Shown: positions 9,586 to 19,853, numbered from the stretch's first letter. The stretch: 51,090 nucleotides of DNA from an uncultured Dehalococcoidales bacterium (GCA_964499775.1 CAZCMK010000007.1:1-51090); one strand, 5' to 3'. The notes: generated by a model from the sequence alone, not told the origin. Program-made: numbers and translations.

Positions 9586-11244
9586 ATGGCCAAATCAAGA
9601 TTGAGGATAATTCCGCTCGGCGGACTGAGTGAAATCGGGAAAAATATGATGGTGATGGAGTATGAGGACGATATCATCATCATCGATGCCGGACTCATGT
9701 TTCCTGAGGAAGAGATGCTGGGCATAGACCTGGTGATTCCCGATATCCAGTATCTTCTGGAGAGACGCGAAAAGATAAGAGGTATCGTGATTACTCACGG
9801 ACATGAAGACCATGTAGGTGCGTTACCTTACCTGCTCCCGCAGCTTGATGTGCCCGTATATTCCACCAAGCTGACCCGGGGCATTATTTCAGTAAAACTT
9901 AAGGAGCGGAAAGCACTTACCGGAGCAAAACTGAAGGTGGTACAGTTCGGTGCCAAGATTGCGCTGGGGAAGTTCACCGTGGAGTTTTTTCCGGTCTGTC
10001 ACAGCATCCCGGATTCGGCAGGACTGATAATTAACACGCCGATTGGAACGGTAATCCACAGCGGAGATTTTAAGCTCGACTATACGCCGGTCAGCGGTGA
10101 GCCGACCGCCCTGGCAAGGCTGGCGCAGCTTGGCAGCCAGGGAGTCTTACTTCTTATGTCCGATTCCACATATTCCGAGCTACCCGGTTATACGCCTTCG
10201 GAGAGAGTTGTCGGCGAGACCCTGGACCGTGTTATCGCCGAGGCACCCGGCAGGGTGATAATCACCACGTTTTCATCGCTCGTCTCGCGAATTCAGCAGA
10301 TTATAGACGCCGCGGTCAAGCACCAACGCCGTGTTTTCATTGTCGGGCGCAGCATGAGCGATACGGTCAAGATGGCGCTGGAACTGGGCTACCTTCACTC
10401 ACCCGACGGAGTGCTTGCCCGGATGGATGAGCTGAAGAAATTACCCCGTAACGAGATTATTTTCGTCACCACCGGCAGCCAGGGCGAGCCTACGTCGGCT
10501 CTGGTGCGTATGGCTAACCGCGACCACAAACAAGTCCATATAATTCCAGGAGATACCGTGGTTATTTCAGCAACTCCCATTCCGGGTAATGAAGCGGTAG
10601 TAAACAGGACGATCGATAACCTTCTCAAGCAGGGCGCGCAGGTGCTATATGATAAAATTATATCCGTCCATGTTCACGGTCACGCCAGCCAGGAAGAACT
10701 GAAACTGCTGCTGAATATAGTGAAGCCTAAATTTTTCGTGCCGATACACGGCGAGTACCGCCACCTCAGTTTTCATGCCAGGCTGGCGCAGTCGGTCGGC
10801 ATTCCGGAAGAGAATACTTTCGTACTTGAAGACGGTGATGTCCTTGAGCTTAATCCGCAGTCTGGGAAGGTAAAGGACAAGGTGGCTTCTAGTAACGTGT
10901 ATGTGGATGGTCTCAGCGTGGGGGATATCGGCAGTGTTGTCCTCAGGGACAGGAGAATGCTGTCCAAAGACGGGATTGTGATGGTGATTATAGCCATTAA
11001 CCGGCAGACGGGTAAGCTGGTGGGACGCCCGGACATCGTTTCACGGGGTTTCGTCGATAACAGGGAGTCAAATGATATGATTGATGAAAGCCGCGACCTG
11101 GTAGTACGGGTTCTGGACCACGGCGGAGTCAGACCGGCTGACTGGGGTTTTATTAACACCAAGGTCAGGGATACTCTTAGCAAATTCTATTATGAGCAGA
11201 CCAGACGCAGACCGATGGTACTGCCTTTCATGGTAAAGGTGTAG
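9586..11244 (+). CDS. rnj: ribonuclease J
   Basis: 552 aa. Metallo-beta-lactamase motif VITHGHEDHVGALPYL followed by beta-CASP and C-terminal domains. Confidence 0.9.
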   Translation: MAKSRLRIIPLGGLSEIGKNMMVMEYEDDIIIIDAGLMFPEEEMLGIDLVIPDIQYLLERREKIRGIVITHGHEDHVGALPYLLPQLDVPVYSTKLTRGIISVKLKERKALTGAKLKVVQFGAKIALGKFTVEFFPVCHSIPDSAGLIINTPIGTVIHSGDFKLDYTPVSGEPTALARLAQLGSQGVLLLMSDSTYSELPGYTPSERVVGETLDRVIAEAPGRVIITTFSSLVSRIQQIIDAAVKHQRRVFIVGRSMSDTVKMALELGYLHSPDGVLARMDELKKLPRNEIIFVTTGSQGEPTSALVRMANRDHKQVHIIPGDTVVISATPIPGNEAVVNRTIDNLLKQGAQVLYDKIISVHVHGHASQEELKLLLNIVKPKFFVPIHGEYRHLSFHARLAQSVGIPEENTFVLEDGDVLELNPQSGKVKDKVASSNVYVDGLSVGDIGSVVLRDRRMLSKDGIVMVIIAINRQTGKLVGRPDIVSRGFVDNRESNDMIDESRDLVVRVLDHGGVRPADWGFINTKVRDTLSKFYYEQTRRRPMVLPFMVKV

Positions 11245-11270
11245 TTAATAGACTACCGAACGAGGTTGAT

Positions 11271-13556
11271 ATGGCTAAAGGAAGGTCGGGTAAAAAGGGT
11301 AGTGTCGGGACAGGTTCTCCCCGGGGATGGCTGTTTCGTGTTCTTTCTTCAGCATGGTTCTGGGAGTTCGTACTGCTCGTTGCCGTAATTGCGGTAATCT
11401 GCTGGCAGTGGGGAAATATAACTTCCTGGTTTACCAGCAACGTATTCAGGATATTCGGGTGGGGTCTTATCTTTCTCATCGCGGTTATTGCCACGCTGGT
11501 AGTAATATTCTGGCAGCAAAAAACATATCTCCTCAAAGAATACTGGAACCGCTGGATTGGCGGTGTTATCTTTCTCCTTGTTATCTGGGGAATACTCTCT
11601 TTCATTCCGGGTAGAGGCGCCCTTGCCGGTGTCAGTCTGGGAGGTAAGTTCGGTCTGGGTATTATCGGGCATACCGACCTGGTCGGTGTTTTCCGGGTAC
11701 TCGGACTGATTATCCTGGGTATTATCTTTATGATACCCGCAGCCACGTACCGGTTTGCCGTCAATTTTGCGTCGTGGGTGGTGGACCAGTTTAAACGACC
11801 GGGTTACAAACCTATGAAAGAGAAAGAAGTTTTACCTCCAACTGCCCCACTGTCTTCTTCCGGTGCGCAGGCCGCTCCGGCTACAAGGATTACTCCCAGG
11901 CGTGCGGAACCACGAAGACCTTTCGCCCCCGATGTGCCTGATATGACGGAAGAGGAGCTGAAAGAGGAAGAGGCAAAAGAGGAATCGGAGACTGAGCCCG
12001 TGTCAGCCTCTACTGCTGCTCCCACTCCCCAGGACCTGAAACAGGTTGCCCAGGATGTATGGAGGAGGTACGGAGAATCGCCAGACCTGGTTGTAGTTGA
12101 CGGGTGGAAATTACCCCCTCTGGAGATCCTGGATGTATCTCCGGAGATTCAGTTCAGCCAGGCCGATAATGCGGAAAGAGCCAGGCTCATTGAAGAAGCT
12201 CTCGATAGCTATGGCGTAGATGCCAAAGTGGTTCAGATAAACGAGGGACCGACGGTAACCCAGTTCGGCGTGGAACCCGGCTGGGATAGGAGAACAAGGG
12301 AGGTAAGGGAGAAGGATAAGGACGGAAATATTACGGTGAGGACGGAAGAAGTATCCAGGACAAGGGTAAAAGTCGACAGGATAAGCTCTTTGCAGAATGA
12401 TCTTGCTCTGGCGCTGGCGGCTCCCAGTATCAGGATTGAAGCTCCCGTGCCCGGCAAGTCGATAGTCGGTATTGAAGTCCCGAACACCATTTCAAGCCTG
12501 GTCAGTTTGCGGGGAGTGATAGAAACGAGTCCTTACCAGAAACTACAAGCGAAGTCGAAACTGGCTCTGGCGCTGGGTAAAGGCGCCGGTGGTGAAGCGA
12601 TAACCGGTGATATGGCGAAAATGCCTCACCTGCTAATTGCCGGAGCTACCGGAAGCGGTAAGACAGTGTGCCTGAACGCCATAATATGCTGCCTGCTTTT
12701 GACTAATACTCCAAACGATGTAAGGTTTATAATGATAGACCCCAAGCGGGTTGAGCTGACTACATTTAACAGTATCCCCCATCTTGCCACTCCTGTGATA
12801 GTCGACGCCGAGAAAGCGCTTGAGGCGCTCCGCTGGCTCAGCCGTGAGATGAATAGCCGGTATCAAACTCTGGCTTCGTCCGGCACCCGTAATATCGAAG
12901 GGTATAACAAAAACAAGCAGGGCGAAGACAGAATGTCTTACCTGGTGCTGATTATCGATGAGCTGGCAGACTTGATGATGCTCGGCGGTGATGAGGTTGA
13001 GCAGATTCTATGCCGCCTGGCGCAGCAGTCCAGAGCCGTAGGTATCCACCTTGTTGTGGCTACTCAACGCCCTTCGGTGGACGTGGTTACCGGTCTAATC
13101 AAGGCTAATTTCCCCACCCGCGTCAGCTTTGCCGTTACTTCTCAGGTCGATTCGCGGACGATTCTCGATATCGGCGGCGCCGAGAAACTGCTGGGCAGCG
13201 GCGATATGCTTTACATGCCCACGGAAGCATCCAAGCCGAAGCGGCTTCAGGGGTGTTACGTCTCCGATGCCGAGGCTGAAAGGCTTGTCTATTTCTGGGG
13301 CAACCAGAAGAAAGGTGAGATGGCTTCGCTGCTGAAAGCGGAAGACCTTATTTCCTCCTCGACCGGTGCCAGAAAAGGTAACTATCCGGAAGACTCGCTT
13401 ATGGATGCAGCCCGGCAACTGGCAAGAGAACATGAGAATATATCCACCTCGTTTCTCCAGAGGCGTCTGCGTATCGGTTATCCGCGTGCCGCCCGCATTA
13501 TGGAACAGCTTGAGATGGAAATGAACGAGCCGGACGAGGAAGAAGAGGGCATTTAA
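11271..13556 (+). CDS. ftsK: DNA translocase FtsK/SpoIIIE
   Basis: Hydrophobic N-terminal segments, an acidic/Pro-rich linker, Walker A LIAGATGSGKT, and the C-terminal gamma winged helix LQRRLRIGYPRAARIMEQLE. Confidence 0.93.
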   Translation: MAKGRSGKKGSVGTGSPRGWLFRVLSSAWFWEFVLLVAVIAVICWQWGNITSWFTSNVFRIFGWGLIFLIAVIATLVVIFWQQKTYLLKEYWNRWIGGVIFLLVIWGILSFIPGRGALAGVSLGGKFGLGIIGHTDLVGVFRVLGLIILGIIFMIPAATYRFAVNFASWVVDQFKRPGYKPMKEKEVLPPTAPLSSSGAQAAPATRITPRRAEPRRPFAPDVPDMTEEELKEEEAKEESETEPVSASTAAPTPQDLKQVAQDVWRRYGESPDLVVVDGWKLPPLEILDVSPEIQFSQADNAERARLIEEALDSYGVDAKVVQINEGPTVTQFGVEPGWDRRTREVREKDKDGNITVRTEEVSRTRVKVDRISSLQNDLALALAAPSIRIEAPVPGKSIVGIEVPNTISSLVSLRGVIETSPYQKLQAKSKLALALGKGAGGEAITGDMAKMPHLLIAGATGSGKTVCLNAIICCLLLTNTPNDVRFIMIDPKRVELTTFNSIPHLATPVIVDAEKALEALRWLSREMNSRYQTLASSGTRNIEGYNKNKQGEDRMSYLVLIIDELADLMMLGGDEVEQILCRLAQQSRAVGIHLVVATQRPSVDVVTGLIKANFPTRVSFAVTSQVDSRTILDIGGAEKLLGSGDMLYMPTEASKPKRLQGCYVSDAEAERLVYFWGNQKKGEMASLLKAEDLISSSTGARKGNYPEDSLMDAARQLAREHENISTSFLQRRLRIGYPRAARIMEQLEMEMNEPDEEEEGI

Positions 13557-13606
13557 CATAAAGTGAAAACAGCAGTCCTTTATCATCCGGATAGATGGGA
13601 GTTTAA

Positions 13607-14401
13607 ATGAAGAAGAACCGACTCCGCGAGCTTTTAAACGAAGGTAAGCCGACACTGGGTACTCACGTCCTGTCACCCTGGCCCGGTATTGTCGAGGTAA
13701 TCGGGTATTCGGGTGCCTTCGACTATGTCGAGTATGTCGGCGAGTATTCCCCGTTCAGTCTGGAGCAGATAGACAACTTCGGACGCGCCATAGAGCTTTT
13801 CCCGGATATGTCTTCGATGATGAAGGTTGAAGAGCAGACCAGGGGGTTTATTGCCGCCAGGGCGATAGACGCCGGTATCCAGAACGTGCTTTTTACCGAC
13901 TGCCGTTCCGCGGATGATGTCCGCGAATGCGTGAGGTTCGTGAGGTCAGAAATGCCCGAAGCGGGTGGGATACACGGCTACGGGATGCGCCGCAGTACCG
14001 GTTACGGCGGGGCGGCTACCCTTGCCGAGTGGGCGCAGGCGATGAACGAGGTAGTTATCGCCATTATGATTGAGAAAAAAGGGGCTATCGAGAACCTGGA
14101 GGATATCCTGTCCGTTGAAGGCGTGGATATGGTGCAGTTCGGCCCTGCCGATTACTCTATAAGCATCGGCAAGCCGGGACAGATGGGCGACCCTGCTGTG
14201 CAGGGAGCGCACCGCAAGATGATAGAGCTTGCCCTGAAGAAGGGCGTAGTTCCCCGCGTGGAAATCGGCGATTTCGAACAGGCGAAACCTTTCATCGAGA
14301 TGGGGGTACGCCATTTCTGTATCGGTTGGGATACCTCGGTAATCTCGATGTGGTGCCGGCGGCAGGGTGAAGGAATGCGTGAGCTACTGGCTTCGGCCTA
14401 G
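13607..14401 (+). CDS. HpcH/HpaI-family aldolase
   Basis: 264 aa. The N-terminus (RLRELLNEGKPTLGTHVLSPWPGIVEVIGYSGAFDYVEY) and overall pattern resemble 2,4-dihydroxyhept-2-ene-1,7-dioate aldolase-type enzymes. Confidence 0.7.
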   Translation: MKKNRLRELLNEGKPTLGTHVLSPWPGIVEVIGYSGAFDYVEYVGEYSPFSLEQIDNFGRAIELFPDMSSMMKVEEQTRGFIAARAIDAGIQNVLFTDCRSADDVRECVRFVRSEMPEAGGIHGYGMRRSTGYGGAATLAEWAQAMNEVVIAIMIEKKGAIENLEDILSVEGVDMVQFGPADYSISIGKPGQMGDPAVQGAHRKMIELALKKGVVPRVEIGDFEQAKPFIEMGVRHFCIGWDTSVISMWCRRQGEGMRELLASA

Positions 14402-14448
14402 CTTGTTAGAGCTTTCGGTAAAAAATATTATTGATTATGGTTTATATA

Positions 14449-14546
14449 GTCATTGCGAGTGCCGATGCAATTGGTATTAAGCAATCTATAAGAATCAATC
14501 GAGATTGCCACGTCGTCCCAATGAAATCGGGACTCCTCGCAATGAC
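14449..14546. repeat. MITE-like 98-bp element with perfect 11-bp terminal inverted repeats (family 1 variant)
   Basis: GTCATTGCGAG (14449-14459) and CTCGCAATGAC (14536-14546) are exact reverse complements. Same GTCAYT-S-GAG termini as 17064, 23370 and the minus-strand unit at 683. Confidence 0.75.
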
Positions 14547-14620
14547 AATTGAATCAACCGAACATAAATAAAGCAGAAAATACTTCCGAACATAAACAAA
14601 GCATATAATACTTATTTAAA

Positions 14621-14705
14621 TGGGGATTAAAAGGGGCGAAGCCCCTTTTGTATAAATAACTTCCCTCTCCCCTTGAAAAGGGGAGAGGGATAAAGGGTGA
14701 GGGGT
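14621..14705. repeat. family 2 repeat: GGGGATTAA-hairpin-GTATAAATAAC module plus a 12-bp stem hairpin
   Basis: Hairpin AAAGGGGC-GAA-GCCCCTTT inside 14630-14648. Perfect 12-bp stem CCCTCTCCCCTT / AAGGGGAGAGGG (14663-14674 / 14678-14689). The spurious 60-aa ORF 14554-14736 is simply this repeat translated. Confidence 0.8.
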
Positions 14706-14720
14706 TGTAGAATAGCCTTA

Positions 14721-15716
14721 ATGGAGAAAATGACAAAACCGAAAGTATTTGTTACCCGCATCATAGCCGAAAAAGCCCTTGACCGGATTGCCGAAGCCAC
14801 CGAGATGGAGGTCTGGCAGGAAGAGCTGCCGCCTCCCTACGAGGTGCTCCTGGAAAAGGTACGTGATATCGACGGGTTATTGTGTCTGCTGACCGATAAG
14901 ATTGACGAGAATCTTCTGGAGGCGGCGGTCAATTTGAAGGTGGTAAGTAACATAGCCGTGGGTTTTGACAACATCGATGTCCCCGCGGCGACGAAGCGCG
15001 GAATTGTCGTGGGAAACACCCCTGAAGTGCTTACCGAGACGACCGCAGACCTTACCTTCACCCTGCTGATGGCAGCCGCCCGGCGCGTGGCTGAAGCCGA
15101 TAAATATACCCGAGACGGTAACTGGAAGACCTGGGGCCCGGCGGTGATGCTGGGTCAGGATATTCATGGCGCCACCCTGGGTATCATCGGGCTGGGTCGC
15201 ATCGGCAGCGGACTTGCCCGGCGCGCCAGCGGCTTCGATATGAAGGTGCTATATTACGATGAATTAGACCGCAGTGAGGAAGAGGACAGAAAGCTGGGCG
15301 TGGAGCGTATTACCGGACTTTCGGAGCTGCTTTCACGTGCCGATTTTATAAGCGTTCACGTGCCGCTGACTGAAGGAACCCGCCATCTTATGGGCGAAGC
15401 CGAGTTCTCCCTGATGAAGCCTACAGCCGTCTTTATCAACACCTCGCGCGGTCCGGTGGTAGACCAGAAGGCACTCTATGAGGCGCTGAAATCGGGTAAA
15501 ATATTCGCTGCCGGCTTGGACGTTACCGAGGTGGAACCGATATCTACGGACGACCCTCTGCTTACCCTGGATAATGTGATAGTCCTGCCCCACATTGCCA
15601 GCGCCAGCTATAAGACCCGCGAAAAGATGGCGTTGATGGCTGCCGATAACCTCCTTGCCGGCCTCCGCGGCGAAACCCCGCCAAATTGCGTTAATCCAGA
15701 GGCGGCTGGAAAATAG
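14721..15716 (+). CDS. D-2-hydroxyacid dehydrogenase, glyoxylate/hydroxypyruvate reductase-like
   Basis: MTKPKVFVTR..., NAD fold GIIGLGRIGSGLARRA, catalytic region NTSRG...PHIASAS. Close in pattern to archaeal GyaR. The start is ATG 14721 or ATG 14730. The ORF-track start at 14697 lies inside the repeat. Confidence 0.85.
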   Translation: MEKMTKPKVFVTRIIAEKALDRIAEATEMEVWQEELPPPYEVLLEKVRDIDGLLCLLTDKIDENLLEAAVNLKVVSNIAVGFDNIDVPAATKRGIVVGNTPEVLTETTADLTFTLLMAAARRVAEADKYTRDGNWKTWGPAVMLGQDIHGATLGIIGLGRIGSGLARRASGFDMKVLYYDELDRSEEEDRKLGVERITGLSELLSRADFISVHVPLTEGTRHLMGEAEFSLMKPTAVFINTSRGPVVDQKALYEALKSGKIFAAGLDVTEVEPISTDDPLLTLDNVIVLPHIASASYKTREKMALMAADNLLAGLRGETPPNCVNPEAAGK

Positions 15717-15763
15717 GAATCTCTCAGAGTTGATAACAGATATTTGTTAACTTGGAGATAATA

Positions 15764-16570
15764 TTAAAAGACGTAATCACTCCATTTAGATAAATCTACA
15801 TCGTCTGTTTCTTTTGGTAATTTCAGAATATTGTGATATATCTCTTCACATACTAACTCGAAGTGTTTCCCTTTAGCCATAACAGCTAATCTGTTTAGTT
15901 CAGATATTGTTGGTAGAGTGGCTTCATCTATTACTACGTAGATAATACGTGGTGGAGACTCACCTTTTTGTTTTGCAGACATTTCTAAATCAGATGCTAA
16001 TTCACGCTCAAATTCAGGCCAAGGTTTTCCTTCGGATTGTTTAGAGTAGAATACTAGTATGACATCGCATTCTGCCATTACTCTTAATATCTCATCGCGG
16101 ATGCGTGCACCTGCAAAAAAATCACGTTTATCTATCTTCGTTAGAAGACCTTTTGAACGAAGCCATGAGTCAATAGCTATTACTACATCCTCATTAGCCC
16201 AAGCGTAGCTAATAAAGACCCTTGGTTTGTTATACTCACTAGATACATGCTCAGATTTCGAGATGAATACCGCTCCGTTCGCAACCGGGTCAAAACCGGG
16301 GGCATAAGTTGTATCAATATCAATCTTGGCGTCAGATAGGTCAACAACTCTACCCTGTTCTGAAATATACCATAGTGTGTTTGCTAGCTTACTACCACAT
16401 AAGTTTGCATTCGATAGGTTAAAAGGTTCTTTACTAGAGGGGATTAGATTAATGTGTGACAAATCAATTCCAGATAGATCAGGGATCCATTCTGGATTAC
16501 GTTCACGGTAGTTGTTCCACTCAGAAGAACGACCTGATTTGAGAAGGGTCATCATTTCATCTTTTTCCAT
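15764..16570 (-). CDS. pentapeptide-repeat / TIR domain protein
   Basis: The C-terminal half has TIR hallmarks: VFISYAWANED...DVILVFYSKQSEGKPWPEFERELA. The N-terminal part has pentapeptide-like repeats: WNNYRERNPEWIPDLSGIDLSHINL, NLSNANLCGSKLANT. AT-rich compared with neighbours. Confidence 0.75.
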   Translation of the reverse strand: MEKDEMMTLLKSGRSSEWNNYRERNPEWIPDLSGIDLSHINLIPSSKEPFNLSNANLCGSKLANTLWYISEQGRVVDLSDAKIDIDTTYAPGFDPVANGAVFISKSEHVSSEYNKPRVFISYAWANEDVVIAIDSWLRSKGLLTKIDKRDFFAGARIRDEILRVMAECDVILVFYSKQSEGKPWPEFERELASDLEMSAKQKGESPPRIIYVVIDEATLPTISELNRLAVMAKGKHFELVCEEIYHNILKLPKETDDVDLSKWSDYVF

Positions 16571-16667
16571 TTGTTACCACATTATTACTATTTTTTCACA
16601 AATGTCAAGAGTGATTAAAATTATCCTCATCTTTGATTGTCTATATATAGGAATTTCCTTGTTGTTA

Positions 16668-16997
16668 TCACTCTTCGGTTATAGACTCTAGTATCTCCTT
16701 TGCTTCGTTTGCGTCCGATTCCAGCACGTAGACCTTGTGCTCCAGGGCAAGGGGGGAGAGGTATAAGTTCAGCCCTTCGGCTACTTTTACCATACAGTAG
16801 ATACCGTTATCTTCGAGTATCCCTTTCCATAGCTGCGCTTCTATCTCGTTGGGAGCGGTGGCGATATGTACCAGCGGTCCCTGGCGCGCCTCTTCTTCGG
16901 GCAGGTCGGGCAGTTTGTCCACCAGGGGCACTTTGCAGTCCGGGCAGACCTTCACCCAGTCCTGGAACTCGTCACGGCATTCTGGACAGTACGGCAT
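16668..16997 (-). CDS. zinc-ribbon plus DUF2007-like small protein
   Basis: MPYCPECRDEF...CPDCKVPL zinc ribbon followed by a DUF2007-type alpha/beta domain (NEIEAQLWKGILEDNGIYC). ATG 16997 has GAGG 6 nt upstream. The ORF-track start at 17009 is TTG. Confidence 0.6.
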   Translation of the reverse strand: MPYCPECRDEFQDWVKVCPDCKVPLVDKLPDLPEEEARQGPLVHIATAPNEIEAQLWKGILEDNGIYCMVKVAEGLNLYLSPLALEHKVYVLESDANEAKEILESITEE

Positions 16998-17063
16998 ATT
17001 ACGCCTCAATATTTACTTGCCGGCGTACCGGCAGGGAGCCTTGCCCTAAAAGTGCTCCTCATT

Positions 17064-17100
17064 GTCATTCTGAGCCCGCCGTAGGCGGGGCGAAGAATCT
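17064..17100. repeat. family 1 repeat unit
   Basis: GTCATTCTGAGCCCGCCGTAGGCGGGGCGAAGAATCT, with the same termini and CGCC-N4-GGCG core as 585-619 and 23370-23411. Confidence 0.75.
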
Positions 17101-17129
17101 CTATGGTGCTTCATTATATATATGGACAT

Positions 17130-17603
17130 TCACCGGCGTTTTTCCTGCTCGGTCAGTTCTCTCTGTAAAAATTTAATATGGCTCTCGGCATCCCGGTGAA
17201 TTTGATGTAGAATATCGCTAACGTCCTGAGAAGGGTTTTTGAACAGCCGGTAGAAATCCTGTTTAGCAACTGATTTCTCGATATTCAGAGCGGTATTCAA
17301 AGCATCTGTGAATGCCATGTTCTCACGCTTCGCCCTTTCCCGCTCCTGTTTCAGGAGCTCGAGGAAATCTTTTACCTCGTCTGCCAGTTTTGTATCAACG
17401 ACGAAACCGGCTGTGCCTTTTCTTACCTTATTTAGAAGGCTGTGTATCAGGTTGGAGTGGTCGGCTTCTTCCATAACCAGACCGAACCAGAACTCCTCAT
17501 GTTCCGGCAGTGTGTTTGAGTATGCCTCATAGAGCCTGCCGATAGCTTCCTCGGTTTCGGTAAGCATTTGTATTATGTTTTCCTGGTTCTCTTCGGATGT
17601 CAT
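17130..17603 (-). CDS. ferritin-like / rubrerythrin-like four-helix-bundle protein
   Basis: 157 aa and predicted all-helical, with two E...ExxH-type motifs (VMEEADH, RDAESH) as in diiron ferritin-like proteins. No more specific family recognised. Confidence 0.5.
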   Translation of the reverse strand: MTSEENQENIIQMLTETEEAIGRLYEAYSNTLPEHEEFWFGLVMEEADHSNLIHSLLNKVRKGTAGFVVDTKLADEVKDFLELLKQERERAKRENMAFTDALNTALNIEKSVAKQDFYRLFKNPSQDVSDILHQIHRDAESHIKFLQRELTEQEKRR

Positions 17604-17644
17604 TTTGTTCCTCTAATGATTTGAAGGTAAGATTTTTTGGGTAA

Positions 17645-17672
17645 GAGGGGCTTTGCCCCTCATGAACTCCCC
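17645..17672. repeat. family 2 repeat unit (hairpin GAGGGGC-TTT-GCCCCTC plus tail ATGAACTCCCC)
   Basis: 7-bp stem at 17645-17651 / 17655-17661. The tail resembles 23556-23569 and 8738-8752. Confidence 0.7.
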
Positions 17673-17795
17673 ATTATTTGGTATTACTGCTCCTGCCCTT
17701 TCTGTTTATTGGCGCGGAGTTTGTTTATCCGTTTCATGATAGCTTCCTTATATATACGGGCGAGGTTCCGGCCGTGTTTCCTTACCCGTTCGCGT

Positions 17796-19835
17796 TTAGC
17801 GGTGAGTTTCCTTTCCCGGCGTTCCTGTCTTGTCTCCCTGTAATTGTCTTCCAATTTTTATCTCCGCAAAATCGAATTCTTTTCTCAGGTCGAAGATACG
17901 GTCGCGCAGCAGCGCCGCTTTCTCGAAGTCGAGGCTCTTGGCGGCAATCTTCATCTGCGATTCCAGGTCTTTTATGAGGCGTAGTATGTCCTCCCTGGTG
18001 GAGGGAGTCGCCACGTAAGGAGTGCGGGTCTCGGCTACCACTTTCACCCTCTCGGTAATGTCTTTTATGGCTTTTCTTATTCCCTGCGGAGTGATGCCGT
18101 ATTCCTCGTTATAGGTCTCCTGAATCTGGCGGCGGCGTTTCGTTTCCTCCATAGCGGCTTTCATCGAGCGAGTTACGGTATCGGCGTACATGATAACATG
18201 CCCGTCGATGTGGCGTGAAGCGCGTCCCATCGTCTGAATCAGCGCGCCCTCCGACCTTAAAAAGCCCTCTTTATCGGCGTCGAGTATGGCTACCAGGCTT
18301 ACCTCCGGCAGGTCGAGTCCTTCCCTGAGCAGGTTGATGCCGACAACCACGTCATAGACGCCGAGACGGAGGTCTCGCAATATCTCCACCCTCTGGAAGG
18401 TATCGATTTCGGAGTGGAGGTAATGGGTCTTGATATCGAGCTCTATCAGGTAGTCGGCAAGCTCCTCCGCCATCCGCTTGGTCAGCGTGGTTACCAGGCA
18501 TCGCTCGCCTTTATCCACCCGCGTCTTAATCTGGTCTATAAGGTCGTCAATCTGCCCTTTGGTGGGCTTGATTTCAACGGTGGGTTCGAGAAGTCCCGTG
18601 GGCCTGACAAGTTGCTCCACCAACTGCTGGCTGCACTTGTATTCGTACGGTCCCGGTGTTGCCGAAGTGTATATTACCTGGTTTGTGTTCTGCTCGAATT
18701 CGGTAAAGCTCAGCGGGCGGTTGTCCAGCGCCGAAGGCAGGCGGAAGCCGTACTCGACCAGTGTCTCCTTGCGGGAGCGGTCACCGCGCTGCATTCCGGT
18801 AAGCTGGGGGATAGTCATATGTGATTCGTCGATAAACAGGAGGAAATCGTCCGGGAAGTAGTCCAGCAGTGTCCAGGGTGTGCTGCCTGGCGGGCGTCCC
18901 GACAGGGGACGCGAATAGTTCTCGATTCCGGAGCAATAACCAGCCTCCCGGAGCATTTCGAGGTCGTAGTTGGTCCTCTGTTCGAGTCGTGACGCCTCCA
19001 GCAGTTTTCCCTGCTGCTTCAGTCCGTTGAGTCTCTCTTCAAGCTCTTCCTCAATCAGCTTGATAGCCGTTACCATTTTCTCCTGGGAGGTGACGAAGTG
19101 CTTGGCAGGGTATATCGTCACCGAGTCCAGCTCGCTGAGCAGCTCTCCGGTCAGCGGGTCTATCTGCTGTATCCGCTCGACCTCATCGCCGAAGAATTCC
19201 ATGCGCAGTCCCAGCTCTTCATAGGCGGGCTGCAGCTCCATGGTATCACCGCGGATGCGGAACTTGCCCCGACTGAAGTCCATATCGTTACGCTCGTACT
19301 GCATCTCCACCAGTTTGCGGAGCAGCTTATAGCGGTTATAATTTTCACCCTTGTTAATAACGCAGGTGAAGCTGTAGTATTCTTCCGGAGCGCCGAGCCC
19401 GTAGATGCAGGAAACCGAGGCGACGATGATAACATCCTGTCGTTCGAAGAGGGCGCGGGTAGCGGCGTGACGCAGCTTATCTATTTCATCGTTGATTTCG
19501 GCGTCTTTCTCTATATACAGGTCCTGGCGGGGGATATAGGCTTCCGGCTGGTAGTAATCGTAATAACTGACGAAGTACTCCACGGCGTTGCCGGGGAAGA
19601 ATTCCTTGAACTCCTGGTAAAGCTGGGCGGCAAGGGTCTTGTTGTGGCTGATAACCAGGGTGGGCTTCTTCACCCGCTCGATAACATTAGCCATGGTGAA
19701 GGTCTTGCCGCTGCCGGTCACGCCGAGCAGGGTCTGGTGTTTATGGCCGTTATCCAGCCCCTCTACCAGCTTGTCCACAGCCTCCGGCTGGTCACCCGTC
19801 ATCTGAAAATCGGATACTATCTCAAAGTCAGGCAT
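17796..19835 (-). CDS. uvrB: excinuclease ABC subunit B
   Basis: 679 aa. Walker [13 protein letters not shown], helicase motifs, and the C-terminal UVR domain [17 protein letters not shown]. Confidence 0.97.
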   Translation of the reverse strand: MPDFEIVSDFQMTGDQPEAVDKLVEGLDNGHKHQTLLGVTGSGKTFTMANVIERVKKPTLVISHNKTLAAQLYQEFKEFFPGNAVEYFVSYYDYYQPEAYIPRQDLYIEKDAEINDEIDKLRHAATRALFERQDVIIVASVSCIYGLGAPEEYYSFTCVINKGENYNRYKLLRKLVEMQYERNDMDFSRGKFRIRGDTMELQPAYEELGLRMEFFGDEVERIQQIDPLTGELLSELDSVTIYPAKHFVTSQEKMVTAIKLIEEELEERLNGLKQQGKLLEASRLEQRTNYDLEMLREAGYCSGIENYSRPLSGRPPGSTPWTLLDYFPDDFLLFIDESHMTIPQLTGMQRGDRSRKETLVEYGFRLPSALDNRPLSFTEFEQNTNQVIYTSATPGPYEYKCSQQLVEQLVRPTGLLEPTVEIKPTKGQIDDLIDQIKTRVDKGERCLVTTLTKRMAEELADYLIELDIKTHYLHSEIDTFQRVEILRDLRLGVYDVVVGINLLREGLDLPEVSLVAILDADKEGFLRSEGALIQTMGRASRHIDGHVIMYADTVTRSMKAAMEETKRRRQIQETYNEEYGITPQGIRKAIKDITERVKVVAETRTPYVATPSTREDILRLIKDLESQMKIAAKSLDFEKAALLRDRIFDLRKEFDFAEIKIGRQLQGDKTGTPGKETHR

Positions 19836-19853
19836 ATAATTCCTTTAACCGGT

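Noticed and set aside
11228-11764. 178-aa minus-strand ORF (and the similar 13095-13676, 193 aa)
   Set aside because: Antisense to ftsK. Pro/Arg/Thr-rich nonsense composition and no ribosome-binding site. The ftsK frame carries Walker A and the gamma domain.
14554-14736. 60-aa ORF (and the 62-aa ORF 25507-25695) in intergenic DNA
   Set aside because: They are translations of the family 2 GC-tract repeats (peptides such as KRGFAPF, PLPFSRGEG). Repeat copies in other orientations and frames are not open, so these are repeat artefacts rather than genes.
15717-16667. att-like direct repeats flanking the TIR islet, and a Thoeris assignment
   Set aside because: Only an 8-nt ATTTGTTA match occurs in the two flanks, which is not significant. 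No ThsA-type (SIR2/SLOG/Macro) partner gene is adjacent, so I am not calling it Thoeris.
17684-17737. 17-codon minus-strand ORF MKRINKLRANKQKGQEQ with AAGGAAG upstream, between uvrB and the ferritin-like gene
   Set aside because: Too short to support from sequence alone, and no recognisable family. Could be a leader peptide, but there is no evidence beyond an SD-like motif.
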